Positions 41,423 through 52,671 of a stretch of 64,000 bases of DNA are shown here, piece after piece. Numbering within the stretch: the stretch's first letter is position 1; each line of letters starts with the position of its first letter. Source of the DNA: an uncultured Cytophagia bacterium (lineage in GTDB: Bacteria; Zhuqueibacterota; Zhuqueibacteria; Thermofontimicrobiales; Thiofontviventaceae); NCBI GenBank assembly GCA_964498785.1, contig CAZCJL010000008.1, positions 33,032 through 97,031 of the forward strand, given 5' to 3'. Below the pieces are notes generated by a model that worked only from the letters and a program-made list of their open reading frames with translations, was not told the DNA's origin and did not search any database. The position numbers and the translations under genes were made by a program.

Positions 41423-42112
41423 TTAATCGCCTTCTCCTCGTAAAATTAACAAGCGAACAAGATGCATAACAGCTACCGCAGTGGATGCAACATAAGTTAA
41501 TGCCGCGGCGTTCAGTACCTTTCTGGCTGATTTAAGTTCTTTTCCTGCTAAATATCCACCAGATTCCAGTTGTAACATTGCTCGTTTGCTTGCATTAAAT
41601 TCTACTGGTAACGTAATAACAGTAAAAGCAACGGCGCCAGCAAATAACCAAATGCCAACGTCCATCAAAATACCAGAATTCATAAATAATCCGACGATAA
41701 ATAATGGTATTGCGAGGTTAGAGCCTATATTTGCCACAGGGAAAAAACTATGACGCATTCTTAATGGAGAATACCCTGTACTATGTTGTATTGCATGTCC
41801 GGCCTCATGTGCAGCAACCCCCAAAGCAGCAATGGATTTGGAACTGTAAATGCTTTCAGAAAGTCGTAGCTTTTTCGAAGTTGGATCGTAGTGGTCTGTT
41901 AATGAACCTTCGGTTTTCTCAACTTCGACATCATAAATATTATTATTTCTTAGTACATTTGTCGCAACTTGTGAACCGGTTAATCCACGGGAGGATACAA
42001 TCTGATTATATTTTTTAAAAGTGCTTTTTACTTTATACTGAGCATATATTGCAAAAGCCATCGCCGGGATTAAAAGCATCAAATCTGTTAATGAAAAAAA
42101 TCCGAAAAACAT
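41423..42112 (-). CDS. Neutral zinc metallopeptidase (YugP/Zn_peptidase_2)
   Basis: LTDHYDP, AAHEAGHAIQH (HExxH), TLPVEFNAS, AAALTYVA; likely ATG at 42112. Confidence 0.92.
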   Translation of the reverse strand: MFFGFFSLTDLMLLIPAMAFAIYAQYKVKSTFKKYNQIVSSRGLTGSQVATNVLRNNNIYDVEVEKTEGSLTDHYDPTSKKLRLSESIYSSKSIAALGVAAHEAGHAIQHSTGYSPLRMRHSFFPVANIGSNLAIPLFIVGLFMNSGILMDVGIWLFAGAVAFTVITLPVEFNASKRAMLQLESGGYLAGKELKSARKVLNAAALTYVASTAVAVMHLVRLLILRGEGD

Positions 42113-42299
42113 ATTTTCATCCCTCATTTTGTTCACGTTTTTTAACAAATTTTACTCAAAATACTTTAAAATAGTTCCTCAGGTTAGGGGGTTCTAATAT
42201 GACACTTTTTGAACAAATAAAAGTAATTCGGTCTATTTTCGCACGACCTCCGCAAGCCCTGACTCTTGTAGAACTAAACCATCATTTTTTTTCTTCGGT

Positions 42300-43214
42300 T
42301 CAATTTGTATGGTACAGGTTTTTTACAAGAATAAGCTTATTCCCTGCGATTGAATCTGCTTTGTAATAAACATCATCAACAGAACGCTTAATGATATGCA
42401 ATCCAAATCCGCCGGTTTTACGATCATTGACAGCTTGTCGAACATCGAATTTTTTATTCGGGTCAAATTTAAATCCTTTGCCCCAATCACTTATCATGAT
42501 AATGAACTTTTTATCAACCGTGCCAACGGTTACTTCGATCAAATTATCCGCAGAGGTGGAATAGTACGCATGCTCTACAACATTAAGACAGGCTTCATAG
42601 ACAGTTACTTTTATTTTGCTTAACTCTTTTTTATTAAATCCGGCCTTTTTTGCTCGCTCAATAACAAAATCACAAATGCTGTATAAATTTTCCACGTTGC
42701 TCTGGGTTTTGAATTTTTCGCCCTCAATGCTTTCAAAAACTGCTAAATCCGAAGTTTGAGCCTGATTTTCCTGTTCCAACTTTAATTCGACATTTTTTTT
42801 ATCGCTTGATTTTGTCTGAAGATTTCCATTAATATGAATGGACGCTTGTTCAAAATCTTCGCCAAAATCCTGTAATGCGAATTCTTCTTCGCTTTCAATA
42901 GCAAGATATGTCAGCGGGCTAAATGTTGCCAAATTATTTCGAGCGGAATTTGACACGTTAATGAGCTTCACGGTTCCTCCCAGCCTTCGAGCCTGATTCG
43001 TGACTTCAATCAATAGCGCAATGAATCGACTAGGCGGAAGCTTTATATTTTGCATATTAATGGTCAAATTTACCTTATTATTCTTAAAACAATTACGAAA
43101 TAATTCTTCTAATTCAGGTATTGAAACGGGTAATTCAGCCCCTCTGTCCAAATCAATTTGAACGGCATCTCCATTGATGCCTATCTTTTGAGTTGTAGCG
43201 ATATTGCCGTTCAT
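42300..43214 (-). CDS. STAS domain fused to anti-sigma-factor kinase (RsbW/SpoIIAB-like HATPase)
   Basis: N-terminal STAS-like region (..ARRLGGTVKLINV). C-terminal EACLNVVEHAY, ISDWGKGF, GGFGLHII. Confidence 0.8.
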   Translation of the reverse strand: MNGNIATTQKIGINGDAVQIDLDRGAELPVSIPELEELFRNCFKNNKVNLTINMQNIKLPPSRFIALLIEVTNQARRLGGTVKLINVSNSARNNLATFSPLTYLAIESEEEFALQDFGEDFEQASIHINGNLQTKSSDKKNVELKLEQENQAQTSDLAVFESIEGEKFKTQSNVENLYSICDFVIERAKKAGFNKKELSKIKVTVYEACLNVVEHAYYSTSADNLIEVTVGTVDKKFIIMISDWGKGFKFDPNKKFDVRQAVNDRKTGGFGLHIIKRSVDDVYYKADSIAGNKLILVKNLYHTN

Positions 43215-43283
43215 ATTCTTTATTATTTAAAATTCGTTAACTGTTTTTTATAATTATCGTTTTGTTTTAAAAAAAATTAATCA

Positions 43284-44819
43284 TTAAATTTCGATCCACC
43301 TTTGCTGACGATCTGCGGTAAGGAATACACCAGCCTCACCCATTAACGGACATTTTGTAACGCAAATACCACAGCCAATGCATAAATCTTCTTCAACATA
43401 GGGATATTTCACATTTTTCATTGTGCCATCAGGTTTTGTAACTTCTTTTACTTCAAATTTTATCGCTTTATCAGATACAGGGCAATGTTCCTCACAAACA
43501 ATGCAATCATCATTCCGATACCAGGGGATACAACGATTTTTATTGAACCGGGCCGTTCCGAGTGGTAATTTCTTTTTTTGCTCAATCGTCAATGGATGAA
43601 TCGCTCCAGTGGGGCATACTTCCCCACAAAGCACGCAATCGAATTCGCAATAACCGGACCGCGGTGACGCAACTGGTGTCCAAATACCTTCCCAGCCGCT
43701 TTCTAACAATGCTGGTTGCAAAAACCGGCCGGTGGTAGAACAAATTTTAACACATGCCTGACATCGAATACAACGATCTAAAAAATCATCCTCTTCAAGT
43801 GATCCTGGAGGCCGAATTGCAATATCAGCATTGTTTTTTTCGATAAATGCAGTTTTAGTAATTCCGACTGCGAATAATCCTGCCAGCCCGGAAAACACAA
43901 ACCGACGTTTGGACACATCAGTTTTAATCGGAGATTTTTCAGCCTTCAGAGAATATTCAAAAGCGTTAGTCGGACAAATCGTAACACAATTCATACACTC
44001 AATGCACTCAAAACGCGAATAAGACCTGAAATCTTCTGTAATTGCATCCATTTTACAATTCCGATAACACCGACCACAATCGATGCAGTTATCGTTTACA
44101 GAACGCTTCAGGATTCGTAATTTTGAAAATAACGCATATAACGCGCCTAACGGACATAAATACCGACACCAAAATCTTTTCGTAATCATTCCGAGACTTA
44201 AAATCCCCATAAAGAATAGAATAATAAATACACTTCTCTGAAAATGCAGTGGTTCAATGGGGATTACCGAGCCGCGAAAGGAATCATAAACTGAAAAAAC
44301 CGTATCCTCAAACCAGCCCAATTTTATGAAGATATTAAAAATGGATTCAACGAAAACTGAAAAAATCGGATACAGCGTTAAAGTAAATGTTCTGGTAATG
44401 AGTGCAATAGGATCCATAAACCAGATTAGCTGTACAGATACGAATGCCGCAAATAAAATCAGAATTAGAATTGAGTATTTCCAGACGCGATAAGATCGTT
44501 TGGAATCATTTTTTAATTTTCGCACTTTTGCAGAAATATGATCACTAAAATCAATTACTGTTCCTAACGGACACACCCACCCACAGAACACACGACCCAA
44601 AAATACGGTTACAAAAAGAAATATAAACGCGATGATAAATGATCCAAAAATGAATTGTCTGGTGGTAATGATCGTCGTAAGTGCCACTAACGGATCAGAG
44701 CGAAGAAAAATATCAGAAGGGATTAGCGTCTCGTAAGGAAAGGTTGCTTTAAAAAACAGATATACGAATACTATCAAAAAAAAGGATTGAGAAATTCTTC
44801 TGACTAATTGCATCTTCAA
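43284..44819 (-). CDS. Membrane 4Fe-4S polyferredoxin (NapH/MauN-like fused to NapG/MauM-like)
   Basis: GRVFCGWVCPLG, RFWCRYLCPLG, multiple CxxCxxCxxxCP, IRPPG. Confidence 0.9.
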   Translation of the reverse strand: MKMQLVRRISQSFFLIVFVYLFFKATFPYETLIPSDIFLRSDPLVALTTIITTRQFIFGSFIIAFIFLFVTVFLGRVFCGWVCPLGTVIDFSDHISAKVRKLKNDSKRSYRVWKYSILILILFAAFVSVQLIWFMDPIALITRTFTLTLYPIFSVFVESIFNIFIKLGWFEDTVFSVYDSFRGSVIPIEPLHFQRSVFIILFFMGILSLGMITKRFWCRYLCPLGALYALFSKLRILKRSVNDNCIDCGRCYRNCKMDAITEDFRSYSRFECIECMNCVTICPTNAFEYSLKAEKSPIKTDVSKRRFVFSGLAGLFAVGITKTAFIEKNNADIAIRPPGSLEEDDFLDRCIRCQACVKICSTTGRFLQPALLESGWEGIWTPVASPRSGYCEFDCVLCGEVCPTGAIHPLTIEQKKKLPLGTARFNKNRCIPWYRNDDCIVCEEHCPVSDKAIKFEVKEVTKPDGTMKNVKYPYVEEDLCIGCGICVTKCPLMGEAGVFLTADRQQRWIEI

Positions 44820-44957
44820 AAATCCACATTGTTAAAAACGATTGTTATTTAATATTGATTTAAAAGATGAGGAATCCATAAAAAACAGATCACCTCTTTT
44901 CAAAGGAGTCGTATCAAGTGTCGTAAGAGGTGATTCATATTTTTTAAAGAAATGAAT

Positions 44958-45884
44958 TTAAACGGACAGGTCGACAGTGGCTATATTGAGTTTATCCAGG
45001 TCAATTTCGCCCAGTCCCATTTCGGATGCCACCCGGATATAACCCAGATCTGTCCCCTTTAAGTTGAATAAAGTAGCGCCCAACGAATCAACGGCAACAG
45101 GGTCTATTCCTGCAATCACAGTATTCATTTCTTTAACATCGTTTAAATTACCACCCTGGGGACCGTTATGCATCAATACACGTACAGCATCAATTATCGT
45201 AATACTGGGACGAATAACGGTATTTAAATCCGCAAGTTTTTGATCAAAATTACTATGAATAGCCCCGCGATTCCCGCCGATAATCCCCAAAATATTTTTC
45301 AGCCCCAGAGTCACTTGTGCCAGAGAATGATGCTTGGCAATCGGGACATTGATATAAACATCAGCATCCAGTACATCGGAATAAAATTCCCATGCGCTTA
45401 ATGCTTTTCCTTTTGTAATTTTCACTTTTTTAAATTTTTGCGGAAACATATAATTGACCGTGGCGCCGGCCTCTTTTGCAGCTTTCTCAATGCCGCTTAA
45501 TCGATAACATCGCTTTGTTTCGTTACATGTGTTGTCAAAAACTTTAATTTTTGAAGCGCCTGCTTGATCACATAATCTGATAATTTCGGCAACTACATCA
45601 GGATTTGTATTCGCTGCCTGCTCCGGTCTCCGCGCCCAACCAATGTTCGGTTTTACAACAACAGTATCCCCTTTCTTAATAAACCTGGAAATCCCTCCGA
45701 ACATATCAAACGCCTTGACAACCAATTCCGCAGGACTACCATTTTTTACCATTACAAGATCCTGAGGTAATTTCATTTTGTTCTTTTCATCTGCAAATAA
45801 CATCCCCGGCACATTCAAACTTAAAGCTCCAAAAGTTACCGTACCGAGCTGAAGGCTCTTTTTAATAAAATCTCTTCTAAGCAT
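44958..45884 (-). CDS. DUF362 family protein with Tat signal
   Basis: MLRRDFIK twin-Arg signal, VVVKPNIGW, TNPDVV, NVPIAKHH, LGLKN, DPVAVD. Confidence 0.9.
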   Translation of the reverse strand: MLRRDFIKKSLQLGTVTFGALSLNVPGMLFADEKNKMKLPQDLVMVKNGSPAELVVKAFDMFGGISRFIKKGDTVVVKPNIGWARRPEQAANTNPDVVAEIIRLCDQAGASKIKVFDNTCNETKRCYRLSGIEKAAKEAGATVNYMFPQKFKKVKITKGKALSAWEFYSDVLDADVYINVPIAKHHSLAQVTLGLKNILGIIGGNRGAIHSNFDQKLADLNTVIRPSITIIDAVRVLMHNGPQGGNLNDVKEMNTVIAGIDPVAVDSLGATLFNLKGTDLGYIRVASEMGLGEIDLDKLNIATVDLSV

Positions 45885-45953
45885 AAACAATCACCATTTA
45901 AGTTTAAATATTAATCTATCTGATTATATAAAAAAATCAGACAAAAATCAAGT

Positions 45954-45981
45954 AAAAAAAACCCTGTCAGGATTGACAGGG
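45954..45981 (-). terminator. Intrinsic terminator after the TPR gene
   Basis: CCCTGTCA-4nt-TGACAGGG followed by T8 on the minus strand. Confidence 0.75.
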
Positions 45982-46010
45982 CAAATAGAAAATGTTATAT
46001 GAAAATATCG

Positions 46011-47342
46011 CTAGTTCGATTCGTGATGTAAAGCCTCCGGGATTGTATCGTTATGTTGTAGTAAATCTAACCAATCATTCTCAGGTGTATTAAAAAATAA
46101 TCTCAAGTTTTCTGTATAATTGTACAATTTCAATTTCTGATAAATCTCAAACGCTTTATGAAAATAATGTGCTGCATCATCGATCCTTTCGTATTCAATA
46201 AGCATTTTAGCATATTCTGTACACGTATTAGCAACTCCCAGCGGAATACAAAAGTCCTCATAAAAGTGAATACTTTCTTCATAAAAGAGAGATGCAATTT
46301 TATATTGATTGTAATTTTTAAAAATAGAGCCAAGTATTTTGCAAGCCTTCGCAAGACCAAGCGAGCTATCAATTTTTGCTAAAAGGTGCAACGCTTTTGT
46401 GCAATACTTGCAGGCGTTTCTTGAATCACCAACTTCAAGATAAAACAATCCTTTATTCAAATTAATGAAGGCCATTTGCTGAAAATCCTCGATTTCCTGG
46501 CTAATTTCCAGGCCATTATTCAGATATGTCAATGCATGTTGATAATTAGAGCGCTGCAAATAAACAATTGCCAGATTATTCAAGCAATCACTCTGACCAT
46601 TAAAATCCTTAATTGCTTTGAACGTTTCATAAGCACTTTGAAAATGATATTCACTCTGTTCAGATTCTCCCATTATGCGAGAAACAACGCCAAGACAATT
46701 TTTAATACATGCCAATCGTTTTTTATTGGCAACTCCTTCCGCGATTCGTAAAGCGATTTCATAATGCTTTTTCGCTCTAAAATAATCACCAGAACGATGA
46801 AATGCCTGGCCAATATTAAAATAGCTATCCAATTCACCCATAAAATCATTTATACTTTTAAATATTTCCGAAGCCTCGGTTAAATTCATTATTGAATTTA
46901 CGAATTCATGCTTTTCAAAATAGTACTTTCCTAATTTCAATTTTGCCAATGCTTGATATCGTGCATTCTTTAATCGTTGACTTATATGGATCGTATCTGT
47001 TAATACATGTTTCGCTTTCTCGAAATCACCTATTAGTCTGTATATTTTCGAATACGACAATAAAATAAAGAATGCAAAGTTATTATCTGTTTCAAATTCA
47101 GATAAATCTTTGATTTCTGATAGTGCCTTATCAAGAGTAAGAAGGTTTTTGTCGGCATATCGTGATGCCGCACCGTTTTTTTCGTGTTCAAGCTGTGCCA
47201 GCGGTTGTTTAAGCAGCGAAATTACTTCTCTAATATCTCGTCTTTTGGTTGGACTTGATTCATTGATTAAATTTTTTTGTTTAACAAAAAAATTTATTTT
47301 CTTTAAAAATTTTCCTACCTCTGATTCGTCGTTTAGAGACAT
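46011..47342 (-). CDS. Cytoplasmic TPR-repeat protein (MalT/TPR_12-like)
   Basis: Repeated NLG/NIG..G.Y..A..Y..AL helices of about 40 aa; no signal peptide; GGGAG RBS. Confidence 0.8.
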   Translation of the reverse strand: MSLNDESEVGKFLKKINFFVKQKNLINESSPTKRRDIREVISLLKQPLAQLEHEKNGAASRYADKNLLTLDKALSEIKDLSEFETDNNFAFFILLSYSKIYRLIGDFEKAKHVLTDTIHISQRLKNARYQALAKLKLGKYYFEKHEFVNSIMNLTEASEIFKSINDFMGELDSYFNIGQAFHRSGDYFRAKKHYEIALRIAEGVANKKRLACIKNCLGVVSRIMGESEQSEYHFQSAYETFKAIKDFNGQSDCLNNLAIVYLQRSNYQHALTYLNNGLEISQEIEDFQQMAFINLNKGLFYLEVGDSRNACKYCTKALHLLAKIDSSLGLAKACKILGSIFKNYNQYKIASLFYEESIHFYEDFCIPLGVANTCTEYAKMLIEYERIDDAAHYFHKAFEIYQKLKLYNYTENLRLFFNTPENDWLDLLQHNDTIPEALHHESN

Positions 47343-47740
47343 TTCATCTCCCTTTTAGTTAGGATATTCACTCCCTTCACTAATCTCTGTTATCGACGAA
47401 CCCTTGCCATTCCTTTAGTTACCATCCAAAATTCTAAAATGAAAATATAAGCACTATTCTATTCGTGAATGAATCACTTGTATCCGCCAGGACATAGCCG
47501 TCAGGATATGAATGTAACCGGATTAAAAACATCTTTTTAAGGAGTGGCTGCCAGCAAGTATTAAATTAAGTTATGAACACGGATTACTGATTTTTCGAAG
47601 CAGAAAGCAAGACTTTGTACTAAATAATTAACTTCATCATTCCAATTCCTTTTAAAATCGTTAATCCCCATTCGAATATCAAGAACAATAAGACTTGAAC
47701 ATTAGAATCAAATGAGTAACATAAAAAATGGCGCAAAAAT

Positions 47741-47789
47741 AAAAAATGCATCTGAGATTCATATTCACAACAATCTCAAATGCATTTTT
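47741..47789. terminator. Terminator-like inverted repeat
   Basis: AAAAATGCATCTGAGATT..AATCTCAAATGCATTTTT downstream of the 47845..48795 gene. Confidence 0.6.
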
Positions 47790-47844
47790 CTAGAATTTAC
47801 AATGCCCTGATATCAAACGAGGGCGTTATTTAAATTTCAACTTG

Positions 47845-48795
47845 TTACTTTTTATATTTTCTTTTGATCAAATCGATTTGATAATCTGCATTTCTTTTCC
47901 AACGGCGATCCATATCTCCGGCCATTGTGTAATACTTGATAGCATTATCGTACTGGCCTAATCGCTCGTAAGCCTGGCCGGCTTCGAAGGCAGCCTTACC
48001 GTTTTTTCTCGGTTGATTTTCCAGGCTTTTTAACGCCATTTCCAATGCTTCACTATTTCGCCCAAGTTTGTTGAAAAGTGCCGCCAGTCGATAATACGCG
48101 CTTTCTTTATCCGGTTTGATTTCAATCGACTTTTTATAAGCTGCGATTGCCTTTTCTGTATCTCCTGCATTTTCGTACGCCACCCCGAGCGCGTTATACG
48201 CAGAAAAATGATTCTCTCTCAACTCTGTTACCTTCTCAAAGGCGTCCGCAGCTTTTTCAAATCTCTTTAAAGCATTATAGATTGTTCCCAGTTCGTAAAA
48301 AGCCTTGTACGAAGAAGTATCGATTGTTACAGCAGAATTAATAGTAGTAAGTGCATAATCATACTGTTTCAACTGGCGATATAGCATTGCCATCGACAGG
48401 AAAGCTTCTGCATACATTGGGTCTAATTCAGTCGCTTTTTGATACGCCATGATCGCATCGTTATACCTGTTCAGTCTTTTCAGAGCTAATCCTTTTCCGT
48501 AATAGGCTTTTGACAATGTCGCATCATATTGCAATGCTAATTCATAAGATTTTAAAGCTTTTTCCCACTGTTGTTTTTTAATAAAAGTATTCCCCTCATT
48601 AACAGCCTGTTTAGCCAAATTTGCATTCTTTGCTTCTTCCAATTGCTTTAATTTTGCTTCATTCTCCTTAGCAATTCGAATTGAATCTTGCTTGTACTTT
48701 TCAAGCTGTTGATTATAATCAGCCTCCTGGCTAAAGCCGCTACTGACGACAAACAGCATTACTGCTATTATTGTCAAAATTCTACATAAACTCAT
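47845..48795 (-). CDS. Exported TPR-repeat protein
   Basis: Signal peptide and about 7 canonical 34-aa TPRs; GGAGG RBS. Confidence 0.85.
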   Translation of the reverse strand: MSLCRILTIIAVMLFVVSSGFSQEADYNQQLEKYKQDSIRIAKENEAKLKQLEEAKNANLAKQAVNEGNTFIKKQQWEKALKSYELALQYDATLSKAYYGKGLALKRLNRYNDAIMAYQKATELDPMYAEAFLSMAMLYRQLKQYDYALTTINSAVTIDTSSYKAFYELGTIYNALKRFEKAADAFEKVTELRENHFSAYNALGVAYENAGDTEKAIAAYKKSIEIKPDKESAYYRLAALFNKLGRNSEALEMALKSLENQPRKNGKAAFEAGQAYERLGQYDNAIKYYTMAGDMDRRWKRNADYQIDLIKRKYKK

Positions 48796-48845
48796 AAAAC
48801 GTTTCCTCCTTCCACACTTTTTTTAATACACAATTAATATGTATG

Positions 48846-48929
48846 TGCCGAAGGCGGGATTCGAACCCGCACGCCCATGGGACACTACCCCCTCAAGATA
48901 GCGTGTCTACCAAATTCCACCACTTCGGC
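48846..48929 (-). tRNA. tRNA-Leu (anticodon GAG), CCA not encoded
   Basis: GCCGAAGTGGTGGAATTTGGTAGACACGCTATCTTGAGGGGGTAG..GCGGGTTCGAATCCCGCCTTCGGCA: cloverleaf with long variable arm, in its usual position after secG. Confidence 0.96.
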
Positions 48930-48977
48930 AATCAATACCAACCAAAAAGGGAATGATTGGTATTGTAACATGTTTAT

Positions 48978-49370
48978 TTATTCTCTTCCGTCTTGTTGTT
49001 CTTCAGGCGCAGGTGTGGGTACTGCTCCCTGTTGTATTGGTTCTTCAGTCGTCGGTACAGTTGGCAACACATCTGCCGGTGAAGAGATACCGCCACTGGA
49101 TCGTTCCTGTCCAACAATACTTTGGCTTCCATCGTTGCCCTTGGTTATTATTCCCAGCATTAAGGAAATTGCCATAAACAGGATAGCTAAAATTGTTGTT
49201 AATTTACTTAAAAAAGAAGCTGCTCCTCTACCTCCGAACACAGCTCCCATACCGCCGCCGCCGCCACCAAAGACGCCGGCTAAACCGCCACCTTTACTTG
49301 ATTGTAGTAAAATAACAATCGTTAAAACAATAGAAACCAGTATGTGAACGATTATCAAAAATGAATACAT
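48978..49370 (-). CDS. secG: Preprotein translocase subunit SecG
   Basis: ILLQSSKGGGLAGVFGG..FLSKLT, two TMs; tpiA-secG-tRNA-Leu synteny. Confidence 0.95.
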   Translation of the reverse strand: MYSFLIIVHILVSIVLTIVILLQSSKGGGLAGVFGGGGGGMGAVFGGRGAASFLSKLTTILAILFMAISLMLGIITKGNDGSQSIVGQERSSGGISSPADVLPTVPTTEEPIQQGAVPTPAPEEQQDGRE

Positions 49371-49390
49371 TATTACTCCATCATAATTTT

Positions 49391-50152
49391 TTATAATCGA
49401 TCGGCGATTTTTATTATTTGTACAAATGAATCCAAATCAAGACTGGCGCCTCCGATCAAGGCTCCGTCTATGTCCGGCTGTCCCAGAAGTTCCTTAGCAT
49501 TTGCCGGTTTCACACTTCCACCATATTGAATTCTCAATTTTTCAGAAATCTCACGATCATATAATTCACTAAGCAATTTACGAATAAATGCATGAACGTT
49601 TTCGGCTTGTTCCGGAGTTGCAGTTTCACCAGTACCAATCGCCCAAACAGGCTCATACGCTATCGTTATGCGCTTTACATCTTCTTTATTGATTCCGTGA
49701 AGACCATCTTTTACCTGTCTCTCGATGACCTGTTCTGTTTTATCAGATTTTCTTTGCTCAATTGTTTCTCCGACACAAAATATCGGATCTAACCGGGATG
49801 AAAGCGCTTTTTTTAGTTTCTTATTGATAAGCTCATCCGTCTCGCCAAAATAGTGCCTTCTTTCGGAGTGACCGATAATCACAAAATCACATCCCAATGA
49901 TTCCAGCATTGAAACGGATATTTCCCCTGTATAGGCGCCATCATCTTCCTGATGCATATTCTGTGCGCTCAGTTTTACATTACTTTTTTTGATAACTTCC
50001 CGAACAGGCGCAAGCGCGGTAAATGGCGGTCCTACAATTATATCTGTGTTTTGATATTCTTGCACGCGTTCTGTAAGCCCCCGAACAAACTCAACGGCTT
50101 CGGGGACTGTTTTATTCATTTTCCAGTTTCCGGCTATAATTTTTCGTCGCAA
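49391..50152 (-). CDS. tpiA: Triosephosphate isomerase
   Basis: AGNWKMN, IGHSERR, AYEPVWAIGTG, YGGSVKP; TTG start. Confidence 0.97.
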   Translation of the reverse strand: MRRKIIAGNWKMNKTVPEAVEFVRGLTERVQEYQNTDIIVGPPFTALAPVREVIKKSNVKLSAQNMHQEDDGAYTGEISVSMLESLGCDFVIIGHSERRHYFGETDELINKKLKKALSSRLDPIFCVGETIEQRKSDKTEQVIERQVKDGLHGINKEDVKRITIAYEPVWAIGTGETATPEQAENVHAFIRKLLSELYDREISEKLRIQYGGSVKPANAKELLGQPDIDGALIGGASLDLDSFVQIIKIADRL

Positions 50153-50217
50153 TATTCTTATACCTTTTTTAATAGATTAAAAGTTCCAACCGTCGTATAA
50201 AAATTCGATCATGGGTT

Positions 50218-51237
<1,020 letters not shown>

Positions 51238-51515
51238 TCATCATTTCTGTTCTGAATTTGAATCCAGATCTATATTTAAAATAATTAAGTGCTTTCTCAT
51301 TTTGCTCATTCAAAAATATTAAACTCTATTATAAGAAAAAAATTAAAAAATGTCAAGTACTTTAATAAATCATTTTTGTTGTTGACAACCAACTGTTTTT
51401 TTTATATATTAAAAACTGACTACACATTTCTGCATTGCACTTTATTAAACATTAAAACAAGCTATTTCGTAACTAATTTTTTTATTTCCATTTAAATAAT
51501 ATAGGAGGTTATTAT

Positions 51516-52190
51516 ATGCCAAATTTCTCGGACAAAAAAATTGGTGTTTTATTATCCGGGTGTGGTGTGTTTGATGGCAGTGAAATTCACGAAGCAACTG
51601 TCACACTGTTGGCACTGGACAATGCTAAAGCGGAAATCGTGGCCATGGCGCCGGATGCAAATCAGGCTCACGTTATTAACCACCTGAAGGGCGATGAGGT
51701 GAAAGGCGCTGCACGCAATATTCTCGTCGAATCTGCACGTATCGCGCGCGGAGAAATAAAAGCAGTACAGGATGTTTCCGCTGCTGATCTGGATGGTTTA
51801 ATTGTTCCTGGCGGTTTCGGAGCCGCAAAAAACCTGTGCACTTTTGCCTTCGAAGGCACAAATTGTAACGTAAACCCTGATGTGGAACGGTTGATAAATG
51901 ATATGCACGCAGCGAAAAAACCAATGGGCTTTATTTGTATCGCACCGGCTCTGTGCGCTAAAGTTTTGGGAAGTTACAAACCACAATTAACGATTGGAAA
52001 TGATGAAGGAACCGCCAAAGCCATTGAGGAAATGGGCGGAAAACATGAAACCTGCAAAGTAGATGAAATTGCTGTAGATGAAAATAATAAAATTGTTTCA
52101 ACGCCAGCATATATGTTAGGACCATCTATTTCCTTTGTTGCCAAAGGTATTGAAAAATGTGTGAATAAAGTTTTGGAAATGACAATTTAA
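51516..52190 (+). CDS. elbB: ElbB/ES1 (DJ-1/PfpI superfamily) glyoxalase
   Basis: LSGCGVFDGSEIHE, ESARIARG, PGGFGAAKNL, CIAP, STPAYM. Confidence 0.93.
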   Translation: MPNFSDKKIGVLLSGCGVFDGSEIHEATVTLLALDNAKAEIVAMAPDANQAHVINHLKGDEVKGAARNILVESARIARGEIKAVQDVSAADLDGLIVPGGFGAAKNLCTFAFEGTNCNVNPDVERLINDMHAAKKPMGFICIAPALCAKVLGSYKPQLTIGNDEGTAKAIEEMGGKHETCKVDEIAVDENNKIVSTPAYMLGPSISFVAKGIEKCVNKVLEMTI

Positions 52191-52203
52191 ATGAGTACTT
52201 ATG

Positions 52204-52247
52204 AAAAAGAGAGAATCTCTGTTCAGAGCATTCTCTCTTTTTTTTTT
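52204..52247. terminator. Bidirectional terminator between convergent elbB and crcB
   Basis: AAAAAGAGAGAAT-CTCTG..CAGAG-C-ATTCTCTCTTTTTTTTTT. Confidence 0.8.
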
Positions 52248-52272
52248 ATACATAACGATCAAGTTTGCATCG

Positions 52273-52650
52273 TTAAATTAATTTTGATATTGAATAACCG
52301 AACCAAACACTTCCAATTCCCATCACGAAATGAAATAAAAGATTAGAAGAAAAACTAATAAATTCACCACCACGCGCTAAATTGAAAACATCATATCCAA
52401 ATGTTGCAAATGTGGTAAAACTCCCTAAAAATCCAACGAAAATCAACATCCGTGCTTCAGGATTAAATATCTGTCTATTCTCGGAAAACCCACTCAGGAA
52501 CCCAATTAAAAAGCAACCTAATATATTTACGGCTAACGTTCCATAAGGAAAATATGATTTTCCCCAAATGCGTTGAACTAAGCCGCTTGTTAAATAACGT
52601 AGAATTGAGCCGAAAAATCCACCGATACCAACAAGTAATAATTTATACAT
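52273..52650 (-). CDS. crcB: Fluoride efflux channel CrcB/FluC
   Basis: GGFFGSILRY, FPYGTLAVNILGCF, GFLGSFTTF. Confidence 0.95.
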   Translation of the reverse strand: MYKLLLVGIGGFFGSILRYLTSGLVQRIWGKSYFPYGTLAVNILGCFLIGFLSGFSENRQIFNPEARMLIFVGFLGSFTTFATFGYDVFNLARGGEFISFSSNLLFHFVMGIGSVWFGYSISKLI

Positions 52651-52671
52651 CCTTGACTCCTATCAAAAAAT

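Noticed and set aside
48846-48929. tRNA-Leu as an integration site for an island
   Set aside because: I noticed no duplicated tRNA 3' end and no integrase in the window.
48877-49347. 156-aa plus-strand Pro-rich ORF
   Set aside because: It is the antisense shadow of Gly-rich secG and the tRNA.
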